Translations under genes and position numbers: made by a program
Source of the DNA: Pseudomonadota bacterium
GTDB lineage: Bacteria > Pseudomonadota > Gammaproteobacteria > Pseudomonadales > UBA5862
Direction of reading: 5' to 3'
Length of the DNA: 64,000 nt
Assembly: GCA_034189125.1 (NCBI GenBank)
Contig: JAXHVB010000094.1
Location: forward strand, 5,590 to 69,589
The notes under the pieces: generated by a model
Told to the model about the DNA's origin: nothing
Databases searched by the model: none
What the model saw: only the letters and a program-made list of their open reading frames with translations
Part shown: positions 55,285 to 64,000 of the stretch, piece after piece
How the letters are laid out: the number at the start of each line of letters is the position of its first letter
Position numbering within the stretch: position 1 is the stretch's first letter

Positions 55285-58200
55285 ATGGCCGGCGCCCCTC
55301 CACCCCAGATCAACGACCTTTTTTCCGCTAGCAATTGCGCGGCCGACTCGCCGTTGCCCTTTCATCCTGCAGTTTCGCAGTGGTTTCATCGGTGCTTTGG
55401 CAACCCCACCCCTGCCCAAAGCGCCGCCTGGCCCGCCATTCAGGCCGGCACACACACACTGGTCGCTGCACCAACCGGCTCTGGCAAGACCCTTGCGGCG
55501 TTTCTCGCGGCCATCGACGCCCTGGTGCGCAGCGCCCAGGCTGGCACTCTTGGCGACCAAACCCGCGTGCTGTACGTCTCGCCCCTCAAGGCGCTGTCCA
55601 CGGACATCCGCGTGAACCTGCAGGATCCACTGGCAGGCATCGAGGCCAGTCTTGAAGCCATGGGGGCGCCGCCAGCCGGCATTCGGGTTGGTCTGCGCAC
55701 CGGGGACAGCAGTGCCGCAGAGCGCACGGCCTTGCTCAAGCGTCCGCCGCACATCCTGGTGACCACCCCTGAATCGCTCTACCTGCTGCTCACCAGCGGC
55801 CGCGGCCGCCAGCTGTTCGCCGGGGTTGAAACCCTCATCGTGGACGAAATCCACGCCCTGGTGACCAGCAAGCGGGGCACCCATCTGGCGCTGTCGATGG
55901 AGCGGCTGCAGTCCTTGAGTGCGGCCAACATCACCCGCATTGGGCTTTCCGCAACCCAGAAGCCGATGTCGGCAGTGGCACGCTTCCTGACTGGCCGTGA
56001 TGCCGATGGCAAGGCCCACCGCTGCCACACCGTGGACCTCGGCCACCGCCGTCAGCTCGACATTGCCCTGGAGCTGCCTCCGGTTCCACTGGAAGCGGTG
56101 ATGTCGAACGAAACCTGGGAGGCACTGTACGACCGCATCGCCGAATTGGTGCGTGCTCACCGCACCACCCTGGTGTTCGTCAACACCCGCAGACTCGCCG
56201 AGCGCGTTTGTCGTCACCTCACGGAGCGCCTCGGCGAAACCGCCGTCGGCGCACACCACGGCAGCCTTTCCAAGGAACAGCGCCAGGCCGCAGAAGCTCG
56301 CTTGCGCGCCGGAGAGCTCAAAGCCCTGGTGGCAACCGCATCACTCGAACTCGGCATCGACATCGGCGAGGTCGATCTGGTATGCCAAATCGGCGCCACC
56401 CGAGCCATCAGCACCCTGCTGCAGCGCGTCGGGCGCGCCAGCCACCAGGTGGGCGGCATACCCAAAGGCCGGCTGTTCCCCCTCAGCCGCAACGAGCTGG
56501 TTGAATCGACCGCCCTGCTCGATGCCATCGCCCGCGGCGAACTCGACAACCTGGTCATCCCCCACCGCAGTCTGGATGTGCTGGCGCAGCAGGTCGTTGC
56601 CGAAGTGGCGGGTTCCCCCATTGACGCGCAAACCCTGTACCACAGGTTCCGCCAGGCAGAGCCGTACCACGACCTGCACCAAGCCGACTTCGACCGTGTG
56701 GTCGACATGCTGTGCACTGGCTTCACGACCCGCCGGGGTCGCCGGGGCAGCTACCTTCACCGTCACCCACTCAGTGGCGAGCTGCGGCCCCACCGGCGTG
56801 CCCTGCTCACGGCACTGACCTCTGGCGGAACCATTCCCGACACCGCCGACTACGACGTCGTGGTCGAGCCCAAAGGCACCGTGATTGGCACCCTCAATGA
56901 GGACTTCGCCATTGAAAGTTTGGCGGGGGACATCTTTCAGCTTGGCAACAACGCTTGGCGCATTCTCAAGGTGGAAGCGGGCAAAGTGCGGGTTGAGGAC
57001 GCCCAAGGACAACCACCCAACCTCCCCTTCTGGTTCGGTGAAGCGCCAGCACGCAGCGACGCACTCAGTGCCGCGGTGTCGCGGCTGCGCGAGGAAGTCG
57101 GCGCCGCCATCAGTGCACAGGGTGTTCAGGCAGCGGCCGAAGCCCTGCAATCGCGCCTGTGCCTGCCCGCAACGGCGGCACTGCAACTCTGCGAGTATCT
57201 GGCCGCGGCCCAGGCCGCGCTCGGCACACTACCCACCCTCAAAAAAATTGTGTTCGAGCGCTTTTTCGACGAGTCTGGCGGCATGCAATTCATCGTGCAT
57301 GCACCCTTTGGCGGCCGGATCAATCGCGCCTGGGGGTTGGCACTGCGCAAACGGTTCTGTCGCAAGTTCAACTTCGAACTGCAGGCCGCCGCCACGGAGA
57401 ACTGCATCATTCTCTCGCTCGGGCCAACCCACAGCTTCCCGCTCCTTGAGGTCGCCAGCTACCTGCACCCCAACCGGGTGCGTGACGTGCTGGTTCAGGC
57501 ACTGCTGGATGCACCTTTGTTCCAGGTCCGGTGGCGCTGGACAGCCACCAACGCCCTGGCCATCCCCCGGTTCCAGGGCGGGCGCAAAAACCCGCCTCAA
57601 CTGCAGCGCCTGCAAGCCGAAGACCTGATTGCGCTGGTGTTTCCAGACCAGCTGGCGTGCCTGGAGAACATCCGCGGCGAACGCGAGGTGCCCGACCACC
57701 CTTTGGTGGAGCAAACCCTCACCGACTGCCTGACCGATGCCATGGACATCGACGGGCTCGAGGGGCTGCTCCAGCGCCTCTCCCGGGGCGAGGTTGAGGT
57801 GGTCACCGCAGACCTGCGCGAACCTTCACCCCTGGCCGAAGAAGTGCTCACCGCGCGTCCCTATGCGTTTCTGGACGATGCCCCGCTGGAAGAACGGCGC
57901 ACCCAGGCCGTGGCCATGCGCCGCTGGCTGGACCCCGAGGACGCCCTGAGCCTCGGCCGCCTGGATCCGGCCGCCATTGAGCAGGTGCGCGCCACTGCCT
58001 GGCCCGTGGCCCGCAGCGCCGATGAACTGTACGACGCTGCCACCTTGGCTGGGCTGCTCACCAACGACGAGGCCTGCTCGCTCGACGCCGGCCTCGGCAT
58101 CCTGGACGAAGCCCTGGCCGGCAAAATCCTGATGGTACTCGAACCGCACGACCCCGCCCACGCAGGCGCTGTTCGCTACTGTGCGCTGGAACGCTGGCCG

Positions 58201-59607
58201 GAGGTTCAGGCGCTGCAGCGGTGGAATTTGCACGGCAGCCCACCACAAACGGCCAGCGCCTGGAATGGCACCGCCGAGGACGCGTGCCGAGAGCTGGTGC
58301 GCAGCCGTCTCGAGGTTGCAGGACCGACCACCGCGGATGCCCTGGCCACTGTCCTGGCGATCTCCGCGTCCCGGGTGCAGCAGGCGTTGCTCGCACTGGA
58401 AGCGGAAGGCTTTGCCCTGCGGGGCCATTTCAGCCAGGGCGAGCGCGAGGAATGGTGCGAGCGCCAGCTGTTGGCGCGCATCCACAAAGGCACCCTCAAG
58501 CAGCTTCGGCAGGAAACCGCACCAGTCAGCGCCGCCCAGTTCCTCGCGTTCCTGAGCGATTGGCAGGGGCTGACCCACGGCGAGCGGGCGGCGGGCGTCG
58601 AGGGTCTCTATGGTATCATCGAGCAGTTGGCGGGCCTCAGCCTGTCCCTTGTGGTATGGGAGACCGCGGTCCTGCCTGCGCGGCTCGACCGGTACGACCC
58701 GGCCTGGCTTGATCAACTGACCGGGTCGGGCCGAGTCGTCTGGGTTCGCACCGAGCTCGGCGCTGCCCGCCAGGTCGGGGCCGGAGCCGGCCCCCTGCAG
58801 CGCACCCGCATGGCCCTGCTGCCCCGCGCGGACCTAGGGCTTTGGCTGCGTTTGCGCGGACCGCGGGCGCTGCCGCTCTCTGGAGGCGCGGCCCGAGTGG
58901 CAGCGCTGCTGACCGAGCAAGGGGCGCTGTTTTTCGATGAGATTCAACACCAACTCAATCTGCTGCCAAGCCATTTGGAGCAGTACCTCGCCGAGCTGGT
59001 GCGCGCCGGACGAGCCAGCAGCGATTCGGTGGCCGGCTGGCGGACCCTCGCCACCACGACCCGGTCGCGCCAGCGTTCCAGACACCGCCGGCGCTCGACT
59101 TCCCCCCTTGCCTCGGCGGGTCGCTGGAGCCACCTGCCGGTGCCTGATCAAGTGTCGGCGGCGCCGGCATGGTTTGGGTCCCGCCACAGCGAGGCCGACG
59201 TCACCGAGGTCACGTGGCGATTGATGGACCGCTACGGGGTGCTGTGTCGCGCGCTGGCGCAAGCCGATGCCGAAGTGCTTCCGCCCTGGCGAGACCTGGT
59301 ACGGGTCCTGCGCAAGCTGGAAGCACGGGGCGAGCTTCGTGGCGGATACTTCGTGGCCGGAACGAGCGGCGAGCAATTCGCTCTGCCCGAAGCCCTGGAG
59401 CGCTTGCGCCGCGCACCCGCAGAGCCAGCCAACCTCTCCATCTCGATTGAGGATCCTTTGAATCTGCAGGGTGTGCTGCTGCCCCGGCCACAAAGCGCAT
59501 CACCAACAAGCGAACGCATCAACCTCGCCGACACCCTGACTGCCCAGCCCTTCATGGCGCGCGCCGCCACTGGCCAACCCGCCACGCGACGCCCCACCCA
59601 ACCCTGA
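55285..59607 (+). CDS. lhr: ATP-dependent DNA helicase Lhr (long form with C-terminal domain)
   Basis: 1440 aa. VAAPTGSGKTLAAFL, VDEIHAL, SATQ and HHGSLSKEQR, then winged-helix/Lhr-core and a long C-terminal domain. The N-terminus aligns with E. coli Lhr as I recall it. Confidence 0.9.
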   Translation: MAGAPPPQINDLFSASNCAADSPLPFHPAVSQWFHRCFGNPTPAQSAAWPAIQAGTHTLVAAPTGSGKTLAAFLAAIDALVRSAQAGTLGDQTRVLYVSPLKALSTDIRVNLQDPLAGIEASLEAMGAPPAGIRVGLRTGDSSAAERTALLKRPPHILVTTPESLYLLLTSGRGRQLFAGVETLIVDEIHALVTSKRGTHLALSMERLQSLSAANITRIGLSATQKPMSAVARFLTGRDADGKAHRCHTVDLGHRRQLDIALELPPVPLEAVMSNETWEALYDRIAELVRAHRTTLVFVNTRRLAERVCRHLTERLGETAVGAHHGSLSKEQRQAAEARLRAGELKALVATASLELGIDIGEVDLVCQIGATRAISTLLQRVGRASHQVGGIPKGRLFPLSRNELVESTALLDAIARGELDNLVIPHRSLDVLAQQVVAEVAGSPIDAQTLYHRFRQAEPYHDLHQADFDRVVDMLCTGFTTRRGRRGSYLHRHPLSGELRPHRRALLTALTSGGTIPDTADYDVVVEPKGTVIGTLNEDFAIESLAGDIFQLGNNAWRILKVEAGKVRVEDAQGQPPNLPFWFGEAPARSDALSAAVSRLREEVGAAISAQGVQAAAEALQSRLCLPATAALQLCEYLAAAQAALGTLPTLKKIVFERFFDESGGMQFIVHAPFGGRINRAWGLALRKRFCRKFNFELQAAATENCIILSLGPTHSFPLLEVASYLHPNRVRDVLVQALLDAPLFQVRWRWTATNALAIPRFQGGRKNPPQLQRLQAEDLIALVFPDQLACLENIRGEREVPDHPLVEQTLTDCLTDAMDIDGLEGLLQRLSRGEVEVVTADLREPSPLAEEVLTARPYAFLDDAPLEERRTQAVAMRRWLDPEDALSLGRLDPAAIEQVRATAWPVARSADELYDAATLAGLLTNDEACSLDAGLGILDEALAGKILMVLEPHDPAHAGAVRYCALERWPEVQALQRWNLHGSPPQTASAWNGTAEDACRELVRSRLEVAGPTTADALATVLAISASRVQQALLALEAEGFALRGHFSQGEREEWCERQLLARIHKGTLKQLRQETAPVSAAQFLAFLSDWQGLTHGERAAGVEGLYGIIEQLAGLSLSLVVWETAVLPARLDRYDPAWLDQLTGSGRVVWVRTELGAARQVGAGAGPLQRTRMALLPRADLGLWLRLRGPRALPLSGGAARVAALLTEQGALFFDEIQHQLNLLPSHLEQYLAELVRAGRASSDSVAGWRTLATTTRSRQRSRHRRRSTSPLASAGRWSHLPVPDQVSAAPAWFGSRHSEADVTEVTWRLMDRYGVLCRALAQADAEVLPPWRDLVRVLRKLEARGELRGGYFVAGTSGEQFALPEALERLRRAPAEPANLSISIEDPLNLQGVLLPRPQSASPTSERINLADTLTAQPFMARAATGQPATRRPTQP

Positions 59608-59620
59608 TCGGAGCCCACCC

Positions 59621-60169
59621 ATGTCCAACATTGGTCCGCTTGAGGTGCTCAGGTTTTGGTTCGAGGAACTCGACCCCGCCGATTGGTGGAAAAGTTCGGA
59701 CGCACTCGATGCCCGAATTCGCGAACAGTTCGGTTCGCTGCATGCCGCTGCGAGCCGCATGGAACTCCACTGCTGGCGCTGCGAACCTGCAGGGCGTCTG
59801 GCCGAGGTCATCGTGCTCGACCAGTTCTCGCGCAACCTCTACCGAGACCGGCCGGAAGCCTTCGCCCAGGATGGGGCAGCCCTGGCGCTCGCCCAGGAAG
59901 CCGTTTCCTGTGGCGACGACCAGCGGGTTACAACCGCGCAGCGCAGTTTTTTTTACTTGCCCTTCATGCACAGCGAATCTGCGCTGATCCACGCACGGGC
60001 GGTGGACTTGTTCGCTCAGCCGGGAATGGAGGGCAACCTGGAGTATGAACTCAAACACAGGGCGATCATCGAGCGGTTCGGGCGTTACCCGCACCGCAAC
60101 GCCGCCCTCGGCCGCACCTCCAGCGCCGAAGAGCTGGCGTTTCTGCGCCAGCCAGGGTCAAGTTTCTAG
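59621..60169 (+). CDS. DUF924 family protein
   Basis: VLRFWFEE..WW, VIVLDQFSRNLYR, FFYLPFMHSE and IIERFGRYPHRN. GGAG lies 7 nt upstream of the ATG, 13 nt after the lhr stop. Confidence 0.85.
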   Translation: MSNIGPLEVLRFWFEELDPADWWKSSDALDARIREQFGSLHAAASRMELHCWRCEPAGRLAEVIVLDQFSRNLYRDRPEAFAQDGAALALAQEAVSCGDDQRVTTAQRSFFYLPFMHSESALIHARAVDLFAQPGMEGNLEYELKHRAIIERFGRYPHRNAALGRTSSAEELAFLRQPGSSF

Positions 60170-60191
60170 AGATTAAGTCGACCGACCAGCG

Positions 60192-60833
60192 TCAACGCAG
60201 CACCGCGTCGGCCACATAGGGGTTGATCTTGCGCTCGGTACCAAAGGTGGACTCGGGACCATGCCCGGGAATGAAGGTGACATCGTCCCCCAACGGCCAG
60301 AGTTTTTCTGTGATGGAGCGAATCAGGGCGTCGTGATCGCCACCCGGAAAGTCGGTGCGCCCGATCGAGCCGTTGAAGAGCACATCGCCGACCTGTGCCA
60401 GGCGAGCAGGCGCGGAGTAAAACACCACGTGGCCTGGGGTGTGGCCCGGACAATGCAGCACCTCCAGTTCCTCAGCGCCAAACTGCACCTGCATCCCGTC
60501 TTCAAGCCAGCGGTCCGGCACGAAAGCACGGCCCTGGAAACCCAACATCTGGCTTTGCTTAGGAATCTGCTCAATCCAGAAGCCATCCGCCATGTGGGGG
60601 CCTTCTACGGGAACCTGATGGCGCTCGGCGATTTCCGCCACTGCGCCTGCGTGATCGAGGTGCCCGTGGGTCACGAAGACTTTTTCCAACTGCACGCCCT
60701 CTTGCTTGAGCAGTTGCTCAATGCGGTCCAGGTCGCCACCCGGGTCGACCAGGGCGGCCTTACCGGTGGTTTCACACACCAACAGGGTACAGTTCTGCTG
60801 GAATGGGGTGACGGGCAAAACCCGATATCTCAT
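60192..60833 (-). CDS. MBL-fold metallo-hydrolase (glyoxalase II / YcbL-like)
   Basis: NCTLLVCETTGKAALVDPGGD, THGHLDHAG and HCPGHTPGH. Length is 213 aa. Confidence 0.88.
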   Translation of the reverse strand: MRYRVLPVTPFQQNCTLLVCETTGKAALVDPGGDLDRIEQLLKQEGVQLEKVFVTHGHLDHAGAVAEIAERHQVPVEGPHMADGFWIEQIPKQSQMLGFQGRAFVPDRWLEDGMQVQFGAEELEVLHCPGHTPGHVVFYSAPARLAQVGDVLFNGSIGRTDFPGGDHDALIRSITEKLWPLGDDVTFIPGHGPESTFGTERKINPYVADAVLR

Positions 60834-60887
60834 AACGCGTGTCCCTTAGGGGGTGCCGCACGTGCCTGGGTGGACGCACGCAGCAGT

Positions 60888-62135
<1,248 letters not shown>

Positions 62136-62192
62136 TTCCGATGTGGAGCATGCTCTCCAGTGCTGGCCAAGTGCAGGCGGTGAGGGTGGCGC

Positions 62193-63533
62193 TCAGCCCA
62201 AGGCGGCGCCAGGCACCTGGGCATCCGGCATGAGGTTGCGCAATACCAAAGCATAGTCGCCAACAGGCTCAGGTGTCGGCCGGGGAATTTTCACCCGGTG
62301 CCCCGATCCCGGCGCCACCTCAACGGCAGCGCCAGCGCGACCCTGCATCGCCTGCAAATCAAAGGTGCAGTTCCCCGCCGGCGTCATCAATTCCAGTTGA
62401 TCTCCGACCGAAAACCGGTTCTTCACCTCAATGGTGAGCCAGTCACTGTCTTCCTCGATGACTTCGCCCACGAATTGCTGACGGTCGCTGCGCGATTGCC
62501 CTTGCTCGTAGTTCTGGAAGGCACCGGGCGGGTGGCGGCGGTAGAACCCCTCGGTGTAACCGCGATTGGAAAGCCCCTCCAGAACATCCATCAACCCCAT
62601 GTCGAAGGCCCGTCCGGCCGCCGCATCGTCCAGCGCACGGCGGTACACCTGGACCGTCCTCGACACATAGAAATGTGATTTGGTTCGGCCCTCGATCTTG
62701 AGCGAGTGAACCCCCATCGCAGCCAAGCGCTCCACGTGTTGAACGGCGCGCAAATCCTTGGAGTTGAGAATATAGGTGCCGTGCTCGTCCTCCATCACCG
62801 GCATCACGCGATCGGGGTTTTCGCGCTCCCGCAGCAGCAGTGGTTGCGCAGCGGCGCCCGGATCATAGGTCGAGACCGCCTGGGCACGGACCTCACCGGT
62901 CTCGTCCTCCTGGCCCGGCACCAGGTCGTACTGCCAGCGACAGGCGTTGGTGCATGCCCCCTGGTTGGGGTCCCGGTGGTTCATGTATCCGGACAGCAGA
63001 CAGCGCCCGGAGTAGGCAATGCACAGCGCGCCGTGCACAAACACTTCAAGTTCCATCTCGGGGCATTTGCGGCGAATGTCCTCAATCTCCTCCAGCGCCA
63101 GCTCACGGGAGAGAATCACTCGACGCAAGCCTTGGCGGCGCCAGAACTCGACGGTCGCGAAATTGGTGGCGTTGGCCTGCACGGACAAGTGGATTTCAGC
63201 GTCTGGCCAGCGGTCCCGAACGAGCATGATCATCCCGGGATCGGACATGATGAGCGCATCGGGATCCGCCTCCATGACCGGCACCAGGTCGTCGATAAAC
63301 CGACGCACCTTGTCGTTGTGCGGTGCGATGTTGCAGGCCACGTAAAATTTGCGCCCGCGCGCGTGGGCCTCCGCGATGCCCTCGGCCAGGCTGTCGAGTG
63401 TGAAGTCGTTGTTGCGAACCCGCAGGCTGTACCTGGGTTGGCCGGCGTACACGGCGTCCGCCCCATAAGCAAATGCATGGCGCATGCTGCGGTAGGTGCC
63501 CGCAGGGGCGAGCAGTTCGGGCCTAAAGTTCAT
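62193..63533 (-). CDS. yegQ: peptidase U32 family protein YegQ/TrhP (tRNA U34 hydroxylation)
   Basis: ELLAPAG, ADAVYAG and the U32 signature EVFVHGALCIAYSGRCLLS. Length is 446 aa. Confidence 0.88.
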   Translation of the reverse strand: MNFRPELLAPAGTYRSMRHAFAYGADAVYAGQPRYSLRVRNNDFTLDSLAEGIAEAHARGRKFYVACNIAPHNDKVRRFIDDLVPVMEADPDALIMSDPGMIMLVRDRWPDAEIHLSVQANATNFATVEFWRRQGLRRVILSRELALEEIEDIRRKCPEMELEVFVHGALCIAYSGRCLLSGYMNHRDPNQGACTNACRWQYDLVPGQEDETGEVRAQAVSTYDPGAAAQPLLLRERENPDRVMPVMEDEHGTYILNSKDLRAVQHVERLAAMGVHSLKIEGRTKSHFYVSRTVQVYRRALDDAAAGRAFDMGLMDVLEGLSNRGYTEGFYRRHPPGAFQNYEQGQSRSDRQQFVGEVIEEDSDWLTIEVKNRFSVGDQLELMTPAGNCTFDLQAMQGRAGAAVEVAPGSGHRVKIPRPTPEPVGDYALVLRNLMPDAQVPGAALG

Positions 63534-63603
63534 GGTGGATTCCGCGGTGGGTACAGCTACGGGTACGCGCCGACTCGGCTCAGCATTGGGTAAACCGGGT
63601 AAT

Positions 63604-64000
63604 TTACCACCTGGAATCCTTGGGGAGAATCGCTGAATCGCTCAAGCGGTCCACAGCCGCGCGGCCGACTTCGGGATGATCCACAAAAAACCCGTCGATG
63701 CCGAGCGCCAGGAACGCCGCAAGCTCGGCTTCAAGGTCCCCCGAACCGCCAGGCACCACCGCACCCGATGCGTCGGCGCGACGCAGTGACGCAGGCAGGA
63801 AGGCGTTCTCGCGTCGAAAGGTGTAGGGGTGGACCGCCAAACCGCGTTGTCGCGCGCGCTCGACCAGGACTGCCCCGGCTTGCAAACCCGCATCAATCGC
63901 GCTGCTGGACCAGCCCATTAGGCGCTTGTCCGGGCCAATCGCCTGGGCATAGGTGGCGATGCCATCCAGCCCGTGCTCACCGCTCATCTGCCTGTAGCTC
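63604..64000 (-). CDS. glycerophosphodiester phosphodiesterase family protein, C-terminal part (gene runs off the window end)
   Basis: VHPYTFRRENAFLP and GIDGFFVDHPE resemble the GlpQ C-terminus. The frame stays open upstream of the track ATG (63987) to position 64000. Confidence 0.7.
   Translation of the reverse strand, partial: SYRQMSGEHGLDGIATYAQAIGPDKRLMGWSSSAIDAGLQAGAVLVERARQRGLAVHPYTFRRENAFLPASLRRADASGAVVPGGSGDLEAELAAFLALGIDGFFVDHPEVGRAAVDRLSDSAILPKDSRW

Overview
This is a high-GC gammaproteobacterial core chromosome segment. I call about 55 protein genes and one tRNA-Phe. I found no rRNA, CRISPR array, transposase, integrase or phage genes, and no recognisable defence or toxin-antitoxin locus.

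Gene order from memory is strongly Pseudomonas-like:
- cybB-yceI, fbaB, sodC, csp
- asmA-mutY-yggX-tRNAPhe
- a 7TMR-DISM diguanylate cyclase
- hemE, gltD, gltB, a P-loop/SPOR protein, aroB, aroK and pilQPONM on the minus strand, divergent from mrcA (ponA)
- malic enzyme, then rpmE divergent from priA, then mdh
- argS, an FtsN-like SPOR protein, hslVU, DUF971
- ubiE-ubiJ-ubiB-hisE-tatABC-nudix
- dtd-pip, a PAS-GGDEF-EAL protein, typA

The right-hand part (50.3-64 kb) looks more variable. It holds a GH3-like adenylating enzyme, a PECR-like SDR, a DUF442-SLC13 pair, lhr-DUF924, an MBL hydrolase, another GGDEF protein, yegQ and a partial GDPD gene.

Many ORF-track entries are artefacts of high GC. 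Some are stop-free antisense frames in exact triplet register with real genes; others are long 5' extensions. I re-set starts by homology, SD sequences and start/stop overlaps; several are GTG or TTG.

I did not find a convincing undescribed system, and the window reads as ordinary housekeeping DNA. The best low-to-moderate leads are:
- the bacterial GH3-like/SDR pair
- an unexplained 576-nt tract at the 3' flank of tRNA-Phe
- an SD-sequestering hairpin ahead of the malic enzyme gene
- a 20-nt TACAAT-containing module shared by the mrcA and ubiE upstream regions
- the P-loop/SPOR fusion at the DamX position

Everything rests on reading the sequence and on recalled family motifs. No searches were run.
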